From Octopus sinensis (taxonomy: Eukaryota), in assembly GCF_006345805.1 (NCBI RefSeq), contig NC_043012.1, forward strand, positions 12,338,001-12,402,000: a stretch of 64,000 nucleotides of DNA, written 5' to 3'. The notes under the pieces are model-generated. The model was given only the letters and a program-made list of their open reading frames with translations, was not told the DNA's origin and made no database searches. The first letter of the stretch is position 1, and every line of letters begins with the position of its first letter. Position numbers and translations under genes: made by a program. Of the stretch, positions 51,251 through 64,000 are shown one piece after another.

Positions 51251-52047
51251 TCTACCCTAACTCCTTGTTTTCAGTCATTTCGTAATCCACATACACCGAC
51301 TCCTCTTATCTCTCTCTCTCTCTCTACCTCTATCTCTATCTATCAATATATATGTATATACATATATATATGTGTGTATATGTCTGTCTATATGACTATC
51401 TGTCTTTTGTCTGTCTGTCTATCTATCTATCTATCTATCTATCTATATACGTAAGTATATATACGTATATTTATGTATATATATATATAGTATAATATAT
51501 TATAATATGTATGTTTGTATGTATTGTATATGTATGCGTATATGTATGTAGGTATGTATATAGTCTTCTTTCTCTCATTACCACAACTCATGTGATTCAA
51601 GATTCCTTTATGCTTCTCTGTACTCGACAGACATAACAAGTGCATCGTACATCATGAATCGACTAGTCATTGCTAAATCCTATTCAAAACAATCATAATT
51701 AATGAACTGTGCAGTCTGTTGATAACACGCACAACACTACACGACGTAGACGAAACAAAAACATTTTTGTGCGAATGTAAAGTGTTAGGTGTACCAGTGT
51801 ATGTGACTGCGTCTATACGTAAGTGTGTGAGTATGCACTGGGTGGTATTTATATATTCATGTATGTAAAATAGCGTATCTAAGAGTGTTTATATTATATA
51901 TAAATCCGTGTGTCTGCGTGAGTGTGTGTGTGAGAGTCTGTGTGTGTTAGAGCATGGTTCTGTGATAGTATGTTATATGTACATATTCTATATGAAAACC
52001 AGTCTCTCTCTTCTCTCTCTCTCTCACTCTCTCTCTCTCTCTCTCTG

Positions 52048-52127
<80 letters not shown>

Positions 52128-52496
52128 GGTATAAATCTTATGCGTGGATGAGCGTTTATAACTTTTCGCAGAATATTCATATCATCAACCGCTCATTAAG
52201 CACATAGGTCTCACAATATTTTGCAAGATCGATAGTTCGATTTATTGATTTATTCGTATTTCAGCTCCAGCAATATTAGCATTGATTAATTTTGTATTTG
52301 ATCACTGTAGTGTATTTATTTATGCATCGTTTCATATCTTCCTCTCCTGTATATGTGCAGGGTGCATATAGACATACACACACTCATTCATGCATACATA
52401 CATACATTCGTGAATACATACATGCATAATACATACTTTCACATACATACATTTATAAATGTATAAATATATATAATATATACGTATATGCATATG

Positions 52497-52586
<90 letters not shown>

Positions 52587-53127
52587 TTGCTATTATGCAA
52601 AAGTGTCATATGTCCAAAACGTTGATTTTCAGCAAACGAAAAAATTGTTTCACCATTCCATTTCACTACACTTTGACAATTTTTTCTTTCTTGGCATCTG
52701 AAGCAACTGGAGATACGATAGGTTGATCAAAAGAACCGACAATTGCAAGCAACTATAAATTTCCCTAAATTTGGACATACGGCAGTTGAAAATAATAACA
52801 ACGATATGCATATATAATATATATATATATATTTATTCTTTTACTTGTTTCAGTCATTTGACTGCAGCCGTATCAGAGCACCAGCTTTACTCGAAGAAAT
52901 CGTTCCCAGGACGTATTCTTTGTAAGCGCCGTACTTATATGGTTTTTTTTTTTTTCGCGAACCGTTAAGTAATAGGGTCGTAAAAATGCCAACATCTGTT
53001 GTCAAGCGATGGCGTGGGACAAAAACAGACACACAATCATATACATATATCTCACGAGCTGGTTGTTCAGTTCCTCGGCTGTTTGCGTGCGTGTGTATTC
53101 TATATATATATAATATATAGATATATA

Positions 53128-53170
<43 letters not shown>

Positions 53171-53645
53171 ATATATATATTTATACTGCAATAAGAAAAT
53201 GGAGGGGATCAAGAGATGGTATTCATCAACATTTAGACATTATATCATGTCTATTTATCTATTAAAATAAAACATTTATAACAATATACATGCATATATA
53301 ACATACTTTACATATATAATATATAAAAATACCAGTAATTATTAATACGCGGAAATTTATTACTTTTAGTATCAACTAATATCAAATGTATTACTATAAA
53401 TACTCTAACCCACTTATTTTGGACCTTTGTCTAAAGCCCTCAATAGAAAATATATCGCATGTTTATATGAATATAAATATGTTTGGGTATAATTATTATA
53501 ATCATATAAAAACAAAAATACAAACTTCTGCAATAATCCTCCCTTTTCATCACATGTCATATGTATGAACCTACGGCTATACTTGTACGTTTATATATAC
53601 ATATATATGTTATATATAAATATATACATACAACACTACATACAT

Positions 53646-53719
<74 letters not shown>

Positions 53720-53759
53720 CTATATATATACCACATTATATATATTATATACCCACACA

Positions 53760-53817
<58 letters not shown>

Positions 53818-55182
53818 GATATATGTGTGTGTGTGGGGGTGTATGTATGTATGTTTGTATGTATGTATGTATTCCTCATTTATATACCTTTTCATTCCTA
53901 CATAACTACAATAATTTTCAGATATATTGATTATTTAAATTCCACTATTATTTTTCTTTTGATAACTTTCTCCTTCCTTTGTTTATACTTAATCTAATAA
54001 GTATAATATAATACACCCAATAATAATAATAATTAATACCTTTGTATGCATATGCATATACATAAATATATATATATGTGTTTATGTATATTTATGTATA
54101 TGTATGTATATGTAAAAGTGTATATATATTTATGTATTTATATTTATAACTTAACCTTCTGAACTTTCTAAACTCTGCGACGAACCCCAGAGACACACCC
54201 AAGTACCTTAATCTAATCTTCCAAATACTTCAGTTCACTGTAAGATGGAAGTCGAGTGGGTTACTATGGCCTCTTGGCTGAAAAAGCTGTAAGATACTAT
54301 CCTCCTTTCTATGCTTTACGTTATATATTTTAATAATTCCTGGTATTTTTTATATATTATATATGTAAAGCATAATATGTTATACATACATACATTTATA
54401 TATATATATATATACACACATATTGTTATAATTGTTTTGTTAAAAAATAGATAAATACATATAATATAATGTCTAAAGATTGATGAATACCACCACTTGA
54501 TCCCCTTCATTTTCTTATTGCCGTATAAATAAGGGTTAAAAAGGGTAAAAAAATTATGGTATAAGAATCTTTTTACCCTCACCCATTTATTACGTTCAGT
54601 AGTGTAATTGCCATGCGATGAAAAACCACTTGTTAATTAAGAATTAGGTATTCTACCAGTACTATATTGGATAGATATTATCCCTTAGTTGGTTATACAT
54701 ATATATATATGTATATATATATATGTATATATACGTGCGTGCGCGTATACACACACATATAAACACACACACAGCGTTTATCACTGAAGTAGACATTAAA
54801 ATACTCCTCATACACTCATTCACCATGTAAATTGGTAAGGATTGGTTGCGATAACAGAATATAGCAATAGAAATTACAATACAAAACACAATAGAGAAAT
54901 ATAATTAAAATCAGAAAACGAGCGCCTAATATCCTTGCTTCTGATTTTTCGCGTCCGGATCTATAGAAACCTAACATGACCAGAACCTTTCGAGTTTGGT
55001 TTTGAAGAGAGAATAAATAACGTTATTCTTTCCACTACATCATAAACGATGTTTCTTGATCAACTTAGAAATTTTGGAATTATCAATATGTCTAAGATTG
55101 AAGATAGAAGTTATAAGTGTACAGACACACACACACACACACAACACACACACACACACACTCGCGTATACTATATGGACTC

Positions 55183-55280
55183 AGGTGAGGCTGTGTGGTA
55201 AGAAACTTTCTTTCCAGCCACCAAGGCCGACCAAAGACTTGTGAGTAGATTTGCTAGACGGAAACTGAAACAAGGCTATC

Positions 55281-55355
<75 letters not shown>

Positions 55356-55625
55356 ATGTGTGTGCATGTGTGTGTGTGTGTGTTGGTGCATGTGTGTGGG
55401 TGGGTGGGCGTGCGTATATATGTGTGTCTGTGTTTCTCCACCCACTATTGCTTGACAACCGATGTTGGTAGGATTACGTCCCCGCAACTTAGTGTTTCAG
55501 GAAAAGAGACCGATAGAATAAGCACTAGGCTTACAAAGAATAAGTCCTGAGGTCGATTTGTTCGACTAAAGGCGGTGCTCCATCATGGCCGCAGTCAAAT
55601 GAATGAAAACATAAACGGATAAAGG
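55183..55625 (+). mobile_element. SINE family S2 with an expanded internal (TG)n
   Basis: Colinear with 8541-8940; partial copies also at about 25925-26080(-), 52845-53040(-), 61900-62015(-) and 63640-63805(+). Confidence 0.85.
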
Positions 55626-56261
55626 AATACAAGAAGAATGAGAATAAGAGAGGGAGGGAGAAAGAGACATTTGAATTGTCTCCCTCTCCTCTTACACAGA
55701 AAAGCATGCTCATACACATAAACACAAAAGAGAAAGAGGATGGCGGTGAAAGAGGGGGAAGAAAGCGAGAGGTGGTAGAGAACGAGAGAAACATTAAAAA
55801 GGAAATATTAAAATGACTGCTGTCAAATAAGTCAGCGTCGAATCCGTGATGCCAAATACACGGCGCTAAAACATCTCGGACACATATAAAAGCATACATG
55901 TTTATTGAGGTAGAAGCAAGTGTCCATCGCTGTCCTGTTGTCTTCAGAAAAAAAGAACACAGTGTCTTTTCTGTAATAGCTTGTCAATTCCAGAGAATTC
56001 TTGATTCTTGAGAATGTCACTGAGAAGTGAGGGAGAGGGAGTGTTTGTGAGTAGGTGTGTGTGTGTGCGCTCACGTGCCTGTGTGATATTGTATGTTTTA
56101 ATCATGTCTAGCCGACGATAACATGTATTATAGAAGATTCAATGCTGCTTTTAATTTGGATACAGAGAAAGTTTTTGACATCTTATTCTAAGCATGAATC
56201 TAACGCGTAATTTCACACTTCCTTCAATATTCGTTTAACTTTGATTAGTGTTACATAAGTG

Positions 56262-56765
56262 GATGCGCAATGGCCCAGTGGTTAGGGCAGCGGACTCGCG
56301 GTCGTAGGATCGCGGTTTCGATTCCCAGACCGGGCATCGTGAGTGTTTAATGAGTGAAAACACCTAAAAGCTCCACGAGAAACCGGCAGAGGGTGATGGT
56401 GAACCCTGCTGTACTCTTTCACCACAAATTTCTCTCACTCTTTCTTCCTGTTTCTGTTGTACCTGTATTTCAAAGGGCCAGCCTTGTCACACTCTGTGTC
56501 ATGCTGAATCTCCCCGAGAACTACATTAAGGGTACACGTGTCTGTGGAGTACTCAGCCACTTGCACGTTAATAAATGAGCTGCGACGTCAATGGTGCCAA
56601 GCTGTATCGACCTTTGCCTTTCCCTTCGATAACATGGGTGGCGTGGAGAGGGGAGACTGGTATGCGTGGGCGACTGCTGGTCTTCCATAAAAAAAAACTT
56701 TGCACAGACTTGTACCTCGGAGGGTAACTTTCTAGGTGTAATTCCATGATCATTCATGACCGAAG
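56262..56765 (+). mobile_element. SINE family S3 with a third tail type (possibly composite)
   Basis: Head and body match; continues as tgtacctgtatttcaaagggccagcc... Confidence 0.8.
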
Positions 56766-57083
56766 GAGGTCACAAGTGTTACATAAGGAAGACAATTACG
56801 AAAATATGGTGACACTTTAAATGTACATACCTTGAGTTTACTTGTATAATTATTGTAATATAATGTATAGCACCCAAACATTTACGGTGGATATAATTTC
56901 ATGCAACAGAATATGTTACGTATATTTGCAAATATTACATGTTCATGTCATGAATATATGAACAAAAGTGACGTTGGATAATTGAACGTAAATATCCTTG
57001 CAATACCTCACTGCTTCGTTGTACAAGGGAGCCCTTATATATGTATAACAATAGTACTATTACTAGCTATATAATCTATGATA

Positions 57084-57316
57084 AAGGCGGCGAGCTGGCA
57101 GAAACGTTAGCACGCCGGGCGAAATGCGTAGCCGTATTTCAGCTGTCGATACGTTCCGAGTTCAAATTCCGCCGAGGTCGACTTTGCCTTTCATCCTTTC
57201 GGGGTCGATATATTAAGTACCAGTTACGCACTGGGGTCGATGTAATAGACTTAACCCCTTTGTCTGTCCTTGTTTGTCCCCTCTATGTTTAGCCCCTTGT
57301 GGGCAATAAAGAAATA
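57084..57316 (+). mobile_element. SINE family S1, tail A, full length
   Basis: 16-bp TSD tatataat(c/a)tatgata (57068-57083 / 57317-57332). Confidence 0.9.
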
Positions 57317-58625
57317 TATATAATATATGATAGTATTATGCTTTAAATGACTTGAACTCACTTTTGATACTTATCTAATGTCACTAGTTATTTGTAAAGT
57401 AAGGCGCTTTGTCAGTAACAAGTCGAAGCCCATTTTGAATAGTCACCAATGTCTCCGTAATTACGAGTTCAAATCCTTTCGAAGTGAACTTTGATCTTTA
57501 TAATTCGTATCCAATAAAATAATGTTAAAGAAAACCACAGGTCTGATATCGCTTTACTTTCTGGAAAATCTGCAGCCGAGTCTCAATGCTAACATAAATA
57601 TCTTTGCATGTTTTGAAGAAGAAAGTATTGTAAACCCCAACATCCAAGTTTCTCTTGACCAGTAAAATATATGGTTGCCCCATGGTAAATAGAAGTTGGT
57701 TTCCGGTTAGTTGAATATATATATATATACGTATATATATGTGTGTGTGTATGTGTGTGTGTATGAATAGTAATAAAGAACTTGGTTGATATGAATTTGA
57801 TTTTACCATGAACGATCAAATTAATACTAAATTTGAGAGAAGTATAAAAAATTATCTTTCCAATTGTTCTAAACGAGAATGCTGTTATGTAAAAATAAAA
57901 GTGTTAGATTAAAAATGCAAAATATAGATGTAAAGTTACATCTGAGGGTAATGGCTACTTTTACATCGGTGCGACATCTCTAATTTTCAAGAGAGACTGG
58001 CAAATCATTTGAGTTCATTTAGAGATAAAAATAAAAGATTCTAAACAAGTCTTAATAAATTAATGTGGTCTAGTAAAATCAGAAACAAAGACTATACTAT
58101 GGATTGGGAATTAATTTGTACGGGCAAAACCATACAGACATGGAACTAAAAGATGTGATCTATGTTTAGAAGAATTTTCCCAAATTTTTACATCTAAGCG
58201 TAATTTGATAAATTCTAGACAGGAACAAGCTTTGAGATGCTTTCGCATGGAGAAATTCACATTAGCCTAGTATAAATGAATAATAAACGTTGAAAGAACA
58301 GTACGTTTTGAAATGACGAACTATAAGTGATTATCCAAACAAAACTTGAACTGAAGATAGTTCGCGTCTCACTTAACGAACAACTCTACATCATACAACG
58401 AAGAACTAAATACTTTATACAATTAAAACGAAGGATATTAAGGAAAAGATCCTGAAGAAACTGCACCAGTATTATAGTAGGGCTCCAATTGCAACGGTTA
58501 CTAATTAGTGCAGTTGAAACGTGTAGGTCTATGTGAAGCTGTATATCACTCGGGAATTTCCTCACACAAAACATGGACAAAATTTCTTCTTACGAAAAAA
58601 TATATATTCAAATAAGTAACACATA

Positions 58626-58660
58626 ATATCATGAATAGCGATAGCGAAACCGGTCGATAT
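58626..58660 (+). ncRNA. Candidate hammerhead with A3-U8 core (AUGAAUA)
   Basis: AUAUC-AUGAAUA-GC-gaua-GC-GAAAC-CG-GUC-GAUAU. Confidence 0.5.
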
Positions 58661-58739
58661 ATTAAAAATTATATTATAACTATGTAAGTGTGCGTATTTT
58701 CCTTTTTAATTTCTTATACATATATATATATATATATAT

Positions 58740-58803
<64 letters not shown>

Positions 58804-58996
58804 AAATGTAATGCTATGCCACATTGTAATAATCATTATTATTATTATAGTTGATATGTGTGTGTGTGTGTATAAATGTCATATTATGATACGCTACAAT
58901 AATATGCTGCTAAACAGATTAAACTATTTTAGGTTTTGTGTTTAATTATATGAGAGACTTGTTTTTCTAACTTCATTATTTTTTTACACGTTGCAG

Positions 58997-59107
58997 GTTT
59001 CGGAATGGAAGCCGTATTCCTATTAGGTGTTGGCTATACAGCTGACAGAGTTACTGCAATTATATGTCTCACATTAGCAGTTGGCTTCAGTGGATTTGCT
59101 ATATCAG
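58997..59107 (+). CDS. VGLUT: VGLUT exon G (111 nt): [37 protein letters not shown](G)
   Basis: ttgcAG| acceptor and G|GTAATC donor. Confidence 0.96.
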
Positions 59108-59307
59108 GTAATCATTTTACACTTATTACTACACTTATTAAATATTGTTGTTATTCACTGTGAATGGTGACATTTTACGGACCCCTCCATGTTAAAAATA
59201 TTTTGTTCCAAGATTACTTTAAGAAAAAAAGTCGGAAAAGGAGCATTTGAATATTTACATAGTTTTCTTTAAAAAAATATTGTTTGTAATATTTATTTAT
59301 ACGTAAG

Positions 59308-59745
59308 AAGGCGGTGAGTTGGCCGAGCCTTTAGCACGCCTAGCAAAATGCTTATCGGTATTTCGATCACTTAAGGTGGCGAGCTGGCAGAACCGTTAGC
59401 ACGCCGGGCGAAATGCTTTGCGGTATTTCGTCTGCCGTTACGTTCTGAGTTCAAATTCCGCCGAGGTCGACTTTGCCTTTCATCCTTTCGGGGTTGATAA
59501 ATTAAGTACCAGTTACGCACTGGGGTCGATGCAAGCGACTTAATCCGTTTGTCTGTCCTTGTTTGTCCCCTCTGTGTTTAGCCCCTTGTGGGTAATAATG
59601 AAATAGGTACTTCGCTCATTTTTACATTCTGAGTTCAAATTTCGCCGAAGTCGACTTTCATTCCATAATCTCTTGGTCGATAAAATGAATACCAGTCAAG
59701 CACTAGGTTCGCTGTAATCGGCTTACCCCTCCCCCAGCATTGCTG
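59308..59745 (+). mobile_element. Young S1 tail-A SINE (59373-59605) nested in an older S1 tail-B SINE
   Basis: TSD ggtatttcgatcactt / ggtacttcgctcattt (13 of 16 identical). Confidence 0.85.
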
Positions 59746-62064
59746 TAAGTATATAGCGTTTTACTTTGTTTGCTTTAATTCATTCACTTCATTCATTATA
59801 CATTTAGAGTTCGAATCTTAATTAGTTTCCCTTTTTACGTTTTTCCTGTCTATTTTAATATCTTTCTACCACTTTCTTCCATCCTCTCGTTCCTTCTTTA
59901 ACATTTTTTTCATACTTACCATTCGGAATTTCATATTCTATATATATGTCTCTATCTGTGTATATGTATGGACATATGTGTATGTATACATATGTATTTA
60001 GCGTCCATTACCGTTTTTACACGCTTTCTTTTCTAGACTTTAATCCCCTGCGTCTTATATTGACTTGTCATTCAAATTGCAACTTCAGGACAGAAACTTC
60101 CTTAAAGACTATCCGTTTTGTGTCAAACCATCAGCTCTGCTGTTACGAAGATATTCTAAATTCGAACATATCTTGAGAATTACAGTTTGACGTAGTAAAG
60201 AAAACCAACAAAAAAAAACAATAACAAAAGCGTACATTAAAGTTGACTATTTACGACTGTAATTCGTTATGCGAAGAAACACATGTCAAAGCGTAAATAT
60301 CTAAGCTACTGTTCGTCGCGTGTGTTGTAAGTCCTATGATATATAAAACTTTGTGTCCATAAATCCTATGTTGAACATTAAGTACTATCTTAATTTCAAA
60401 TCAAGTTTGTTTCCATAGCATTTTTGCCATTGTGAATCAAATAGTTACCGATCTTTACCACCTTTCTGTTTCTTGGGTCGTTGTATTCGCTATAGAATTA
60501 GTTCGCAATAGATTTCAATGTTTGTCTAAATTCTCTGCGATAGTTTGATTGGGCTCGGAAATCTTAGTTGCACTTATTTTCCTCCCCAGGATATGGCTTC
60601 ACTTCTCACTCTCCTCGGTGACTAAACTAGCCCAGCAGAGTTTGCTCTGGTTGGCGAGTATTGAATTATATCTTTGCCAGTATTAGGTTTCTCTCCGCCT
60701 GTCATTTAATTGGCCTTGACCTGATACATCACCCTGCCTACCACAAACAGACGAACATGATCTTGTATGGACATGCATTCAAAGCTACCTCACTTACTAA
60801 TCCATTAAGGGTGCTCCCATGTGTTATAACGTTTAAATGGCCTCACCTCTATGCTTTAGCCTCAGCTGGTAAACATAATACGATGCATCACTTACTATCA
60901 TCTCTTAGTCATAGACTAATTCCATATCCTCGATTTTAGGCTGCAATCCTCATAACAGACACACTGGTTACATCCCTGGCCATGCTTTTGTACATAAAGG
61001 TTGGGTCCGGCATAATTGATCGCATTAATATCATCAGTGTTAGAACCTCTGTAAATGATCAAATGTTCTCTGACAATCATAGAAAACGGGGTCACAATAC
61101 ACGGCGAGTTTACATGCTGGTAGTGAAATCTACAGATAAAATATCTCTGTATACTACCTAAACATATTCTGAAATTAGCCAAATCAGCCCAATCCAAATA
61201 TAACCATTTCAGTATGCTGCTAGAATCAGTTGGCAAGAAAACAAGATCAGATACATGTCTAGATTTGAGAAATTAGAACTTGCCATTTTACTTCACCATG
61301 ATGATTAAAAAAAAAAGAGAGAATATTTGTATACCAGTGTGTCCGTTCGTCTGCCTGCCTGTCGCCCTCTCCTCCCTCTCGCGCTCTCCTCCTCCTATCC
61401 TCTGTCTCTCTCTCCCCCCCACTCTCTTTCTTCATTGTAACTGTAAATAAAAAGTTCACTCACATTGTATTATTATAATGCAACCTTTAATGTCCATTTG
61501 CCTGTGGAATTCTGTGCATCAGTCTTTTCCAATGTTCTCTTTCACGAATAACAATTTAGTAGATTCAACTACGGAGTGCTTATCCTGATCATCGATACCA
61601 ACAGACTATCCACTACCATCTATCTCATTGTTTCCGGTGCGATGAAAGGGAGATCTAAAACCGGTGATATTCCAAACCAGAAATGTATTCAGGAGATGAC
61701 TGACCAGTGCTGGACATTTAACACTCTGATGTTTTAAACCTATTAATACATAGCAATTTTGCAGAAATGCTAAGTTATGATAACGTACACAAACCAACAT
61801 CGGTGTCAAGTGGTAAAAAGAACAAACACCAATATCCATGCATGCGCGCACGAACACACACACTCGCTCTCTCATTCACACTCGATGAGCTTCGACACAG
61901 TTTCCATAGTTTCTATATTTACTCATAAGACATTGGTCAGCCTTTTGTCCAAGGTGCCGAGGGGCAGTAGCGGCTGAAGCCGGAACCATGTGGTTGAAAA
62001 GAGAATTCCTTAACCACAGTCTGTGCCTAGTCATGATCTTTCTTTCTTTTTTCTTTCTTTCTCC

Positions 62065-62098
<34 letters not shown>

Positions 62099-62584
62099 AT
62101 CTTTCTTTCTTTCTATTTCCCTTCACCCTTTCCTTCTTCGTTCCTTTCCTTCCTTCCTTCGTTCCTTGCTTGCTTCCTTCCTTCCCGTTCTTCATTCTTT
62201 TTTCCTTCCGATTTTTCTTCGGTTCTGTCTTTCTTTCTCTTTTTCTATCTTTCTTCCGCTCTATTTCCTTCCTTCCCTATTTCATTCATCTATTCTTTCT
62301 TTCATTTTTTCCTTCTGTCCTTCCTTCCTTTCTTCCACACATCCATCCATCTATCCATCCATCCTTCCCTCTTGCCTTCCTTTTCTTTCTTCCTTCCTTC
62401 CTTCCTTCCTTCCTTCCTTCCTTCCTTCATTCATTCATTCAATATCTATCATTCATTGCCACGAAATGTTGCTTCCTTCGGTTGTCAACATTGGTATTTA
62501 GGATTCCGATCACGTGCCATCACACGTTGCAAAGAGCGAAATGTAACCGGAATGTCAACATGATTACTTAGCACGGTTTATAAC

Positions 62585-63110
62585 GTCTTCTTCTTCTTCT
62601 CCTTCTTCTTCTTCTCCTTCTTCTTCTTCTCCTTCTTCTTCTTCTTCTACTTCTTCTTCTTTTTCTTTTTCTTTTTCTTCTTCTTCTTCTTCTACTTTTT
62701 CTTTTTTCTTCTCTCTTCTTCTTTCTTCTTCTTCTCCTCCTTTTCCCCCCATTCCTCCCAGTTTTCTTCTTCTTCTTCTTCTTCTTCTTCTTCTTCTTCT
62801 TCTCCTCCTCCTTTTTCCCCCATTCCTCCCCAGTTCTTCTTCTTCTTCTTCTTCTTCTTCGTTTTCCTCTTCTTCTTCTTCTTCTTTTTCTTTTTCTTCT
62901 TCTTCTTCTTCTTCTTCTTCTTCTCCTCTTCTACTTCTTCTTCTTCTTCTTCTTCTCCTCCTTTTTCCCCCATTCCTCCCCAGTTCTTCTTCTTCTTCTT
63001 CTTCTTCTTCTTCTCCTCCTTTTTCCCCCATTCCTCCCCAGTTCTTCTTCTTCTTCTTCTTCTTCTTCTTCTTCTTCTTCTTCTTCTTCTTCTTCTTCTT
63101 CTTCTTCTTG
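62585..63110. repeat. (CTT)n polypyrimidine tract with four copies of ctcctc..ttttcccccattcctccccagtt
   Basis: Units at about 62735, 62805, 62955 and 63015. Confidence 0.9.
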
Positions 63111-64000
63111 CTGCTGCTACCCTTATTATTGCTCTTACCATCATTAGTAATGTTTTTCATCGATCTCCAAGTCCATGCATTGTTGTTATTGGCACTATTC
63201 TTTCAATATTACATTTTAAAGTCTAAATGTTAACTTTCCCTTCCAATCGATCGCTGCCGAGAAATCGAACGTCTCTATCTCTTCTTCATAATTTCATTCT
63301 CTCTCTCTCTCCCTCTCTCACCCCTCTCTCTCTCCCTCTCTCACCCCTCTCTCTCGCCGTCTCCGTCTTTCTCGCTCTCTCCGCCCTCTCACTCTCTCAC
63401 TTTTAAGAAAAGTATAGGAGACTATTGAAAAGGTCAATTGATTCGGATTTTTTCTTACAAGAAATCATAAAACAAACCAAAATCACCCGTTTTGTATGTC
63501 TATTAGTATCATTATTGATTATTTTCGCTTTATCTATAGCGTACATAAACATATTCAGATTTTCAGGCAAAAGTGGTGTGGGAGAGATTTTCGAATGATT
63601 GACATCCATGGTGTGAAAAAAGGCAGGAAAAAAAAATCATTAACATATCGCTGCAAGTGTCTTTGTGGTTTTTTTCCCAGTCACTTTGTTCCGGGTTCAG
63701 TCACACTATAGAAACTTGGACAAGTGTCTTTTACTGTAGCCCGAGGCCGACCAAATCTTTAAGAGTCGATTTGGTAGGCCGACAGTGTAAGCAGCCCGTC
63801 GTATGTATGCTAGAAAATTAAAATAGGTATGATTATAATTCGGTAAATTCCTCTAGCCAATAGTGTACTGAGTCAGGATTGACGTGCTACTGGGCAACAA
63901 TAATAACAAAATATAATTATAAACCATCCTACTCTCAGAGATGGAGAATGCAAAAGACAGATACTGCAGAGATGGCGGATGCAAAAACCTTCTAAAACAC

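Noticed and set aside
54270-54300. GAAAA-AGCT-GTA-AGA resembling the 30489 family
   Set aside because: The 5' half of the core is missing.
60600-61250. Higher-complexity segment that might be the next VGLUT exon or a LINE remnant
   Set aside because: No FNVNHLDIAP-like peptide in the frames I read and no assignable transposon motif.
62564-63160. 198-aa K/E/R-rich ORF on the minus strand
   Set aside because: A product of the (GAA)n tract, with no splice or homology support.

Overview
AT-rich animal genomic DNA, most likely an octopus or other coleoid cephalopod. That is an inference from the SINE families and the very high microsatellite load, not a verified assignment. One host gene is visible: seven phase-compatible internal exons (818 nt, about 272 aa) of a vesicular glutamate transporter (VGLUT, SLC17A6/7/8 family) on the + strand between 5274 and 59107; its first and last exons lie outside the window. 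Almost every ORF in the supplied track is a microsatellite artefact. The introns hold a young, 5'-truncated Tx1/L1-clade LINE with one frameshift, at least four tRNA-like SINE families, and mariner/Tc1, pogo-like MITE, Helitron, RTE and Penelope-like (PLE) remnants. Main observations: (1) About a dozen minimal type I hammerhead ribozyme motifs lie in the introns. Several sit in long fold-back elements beside (TA)n tracts, including a very young cassette (24064-25312) with two direct copies 546 nt apart plus an inverted copy. Two candidates show apparent compensatory changes in the core 3-8 pair. (2) The LINE is inserted inside a (TATC)n array. (3) The LINE shares 35 of 42 terminal bases with the tail of the most abundant young SINE, suggesting a LINE-SINE partner pair. 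No ribozyme activity or expression can be shown from sequence alone.
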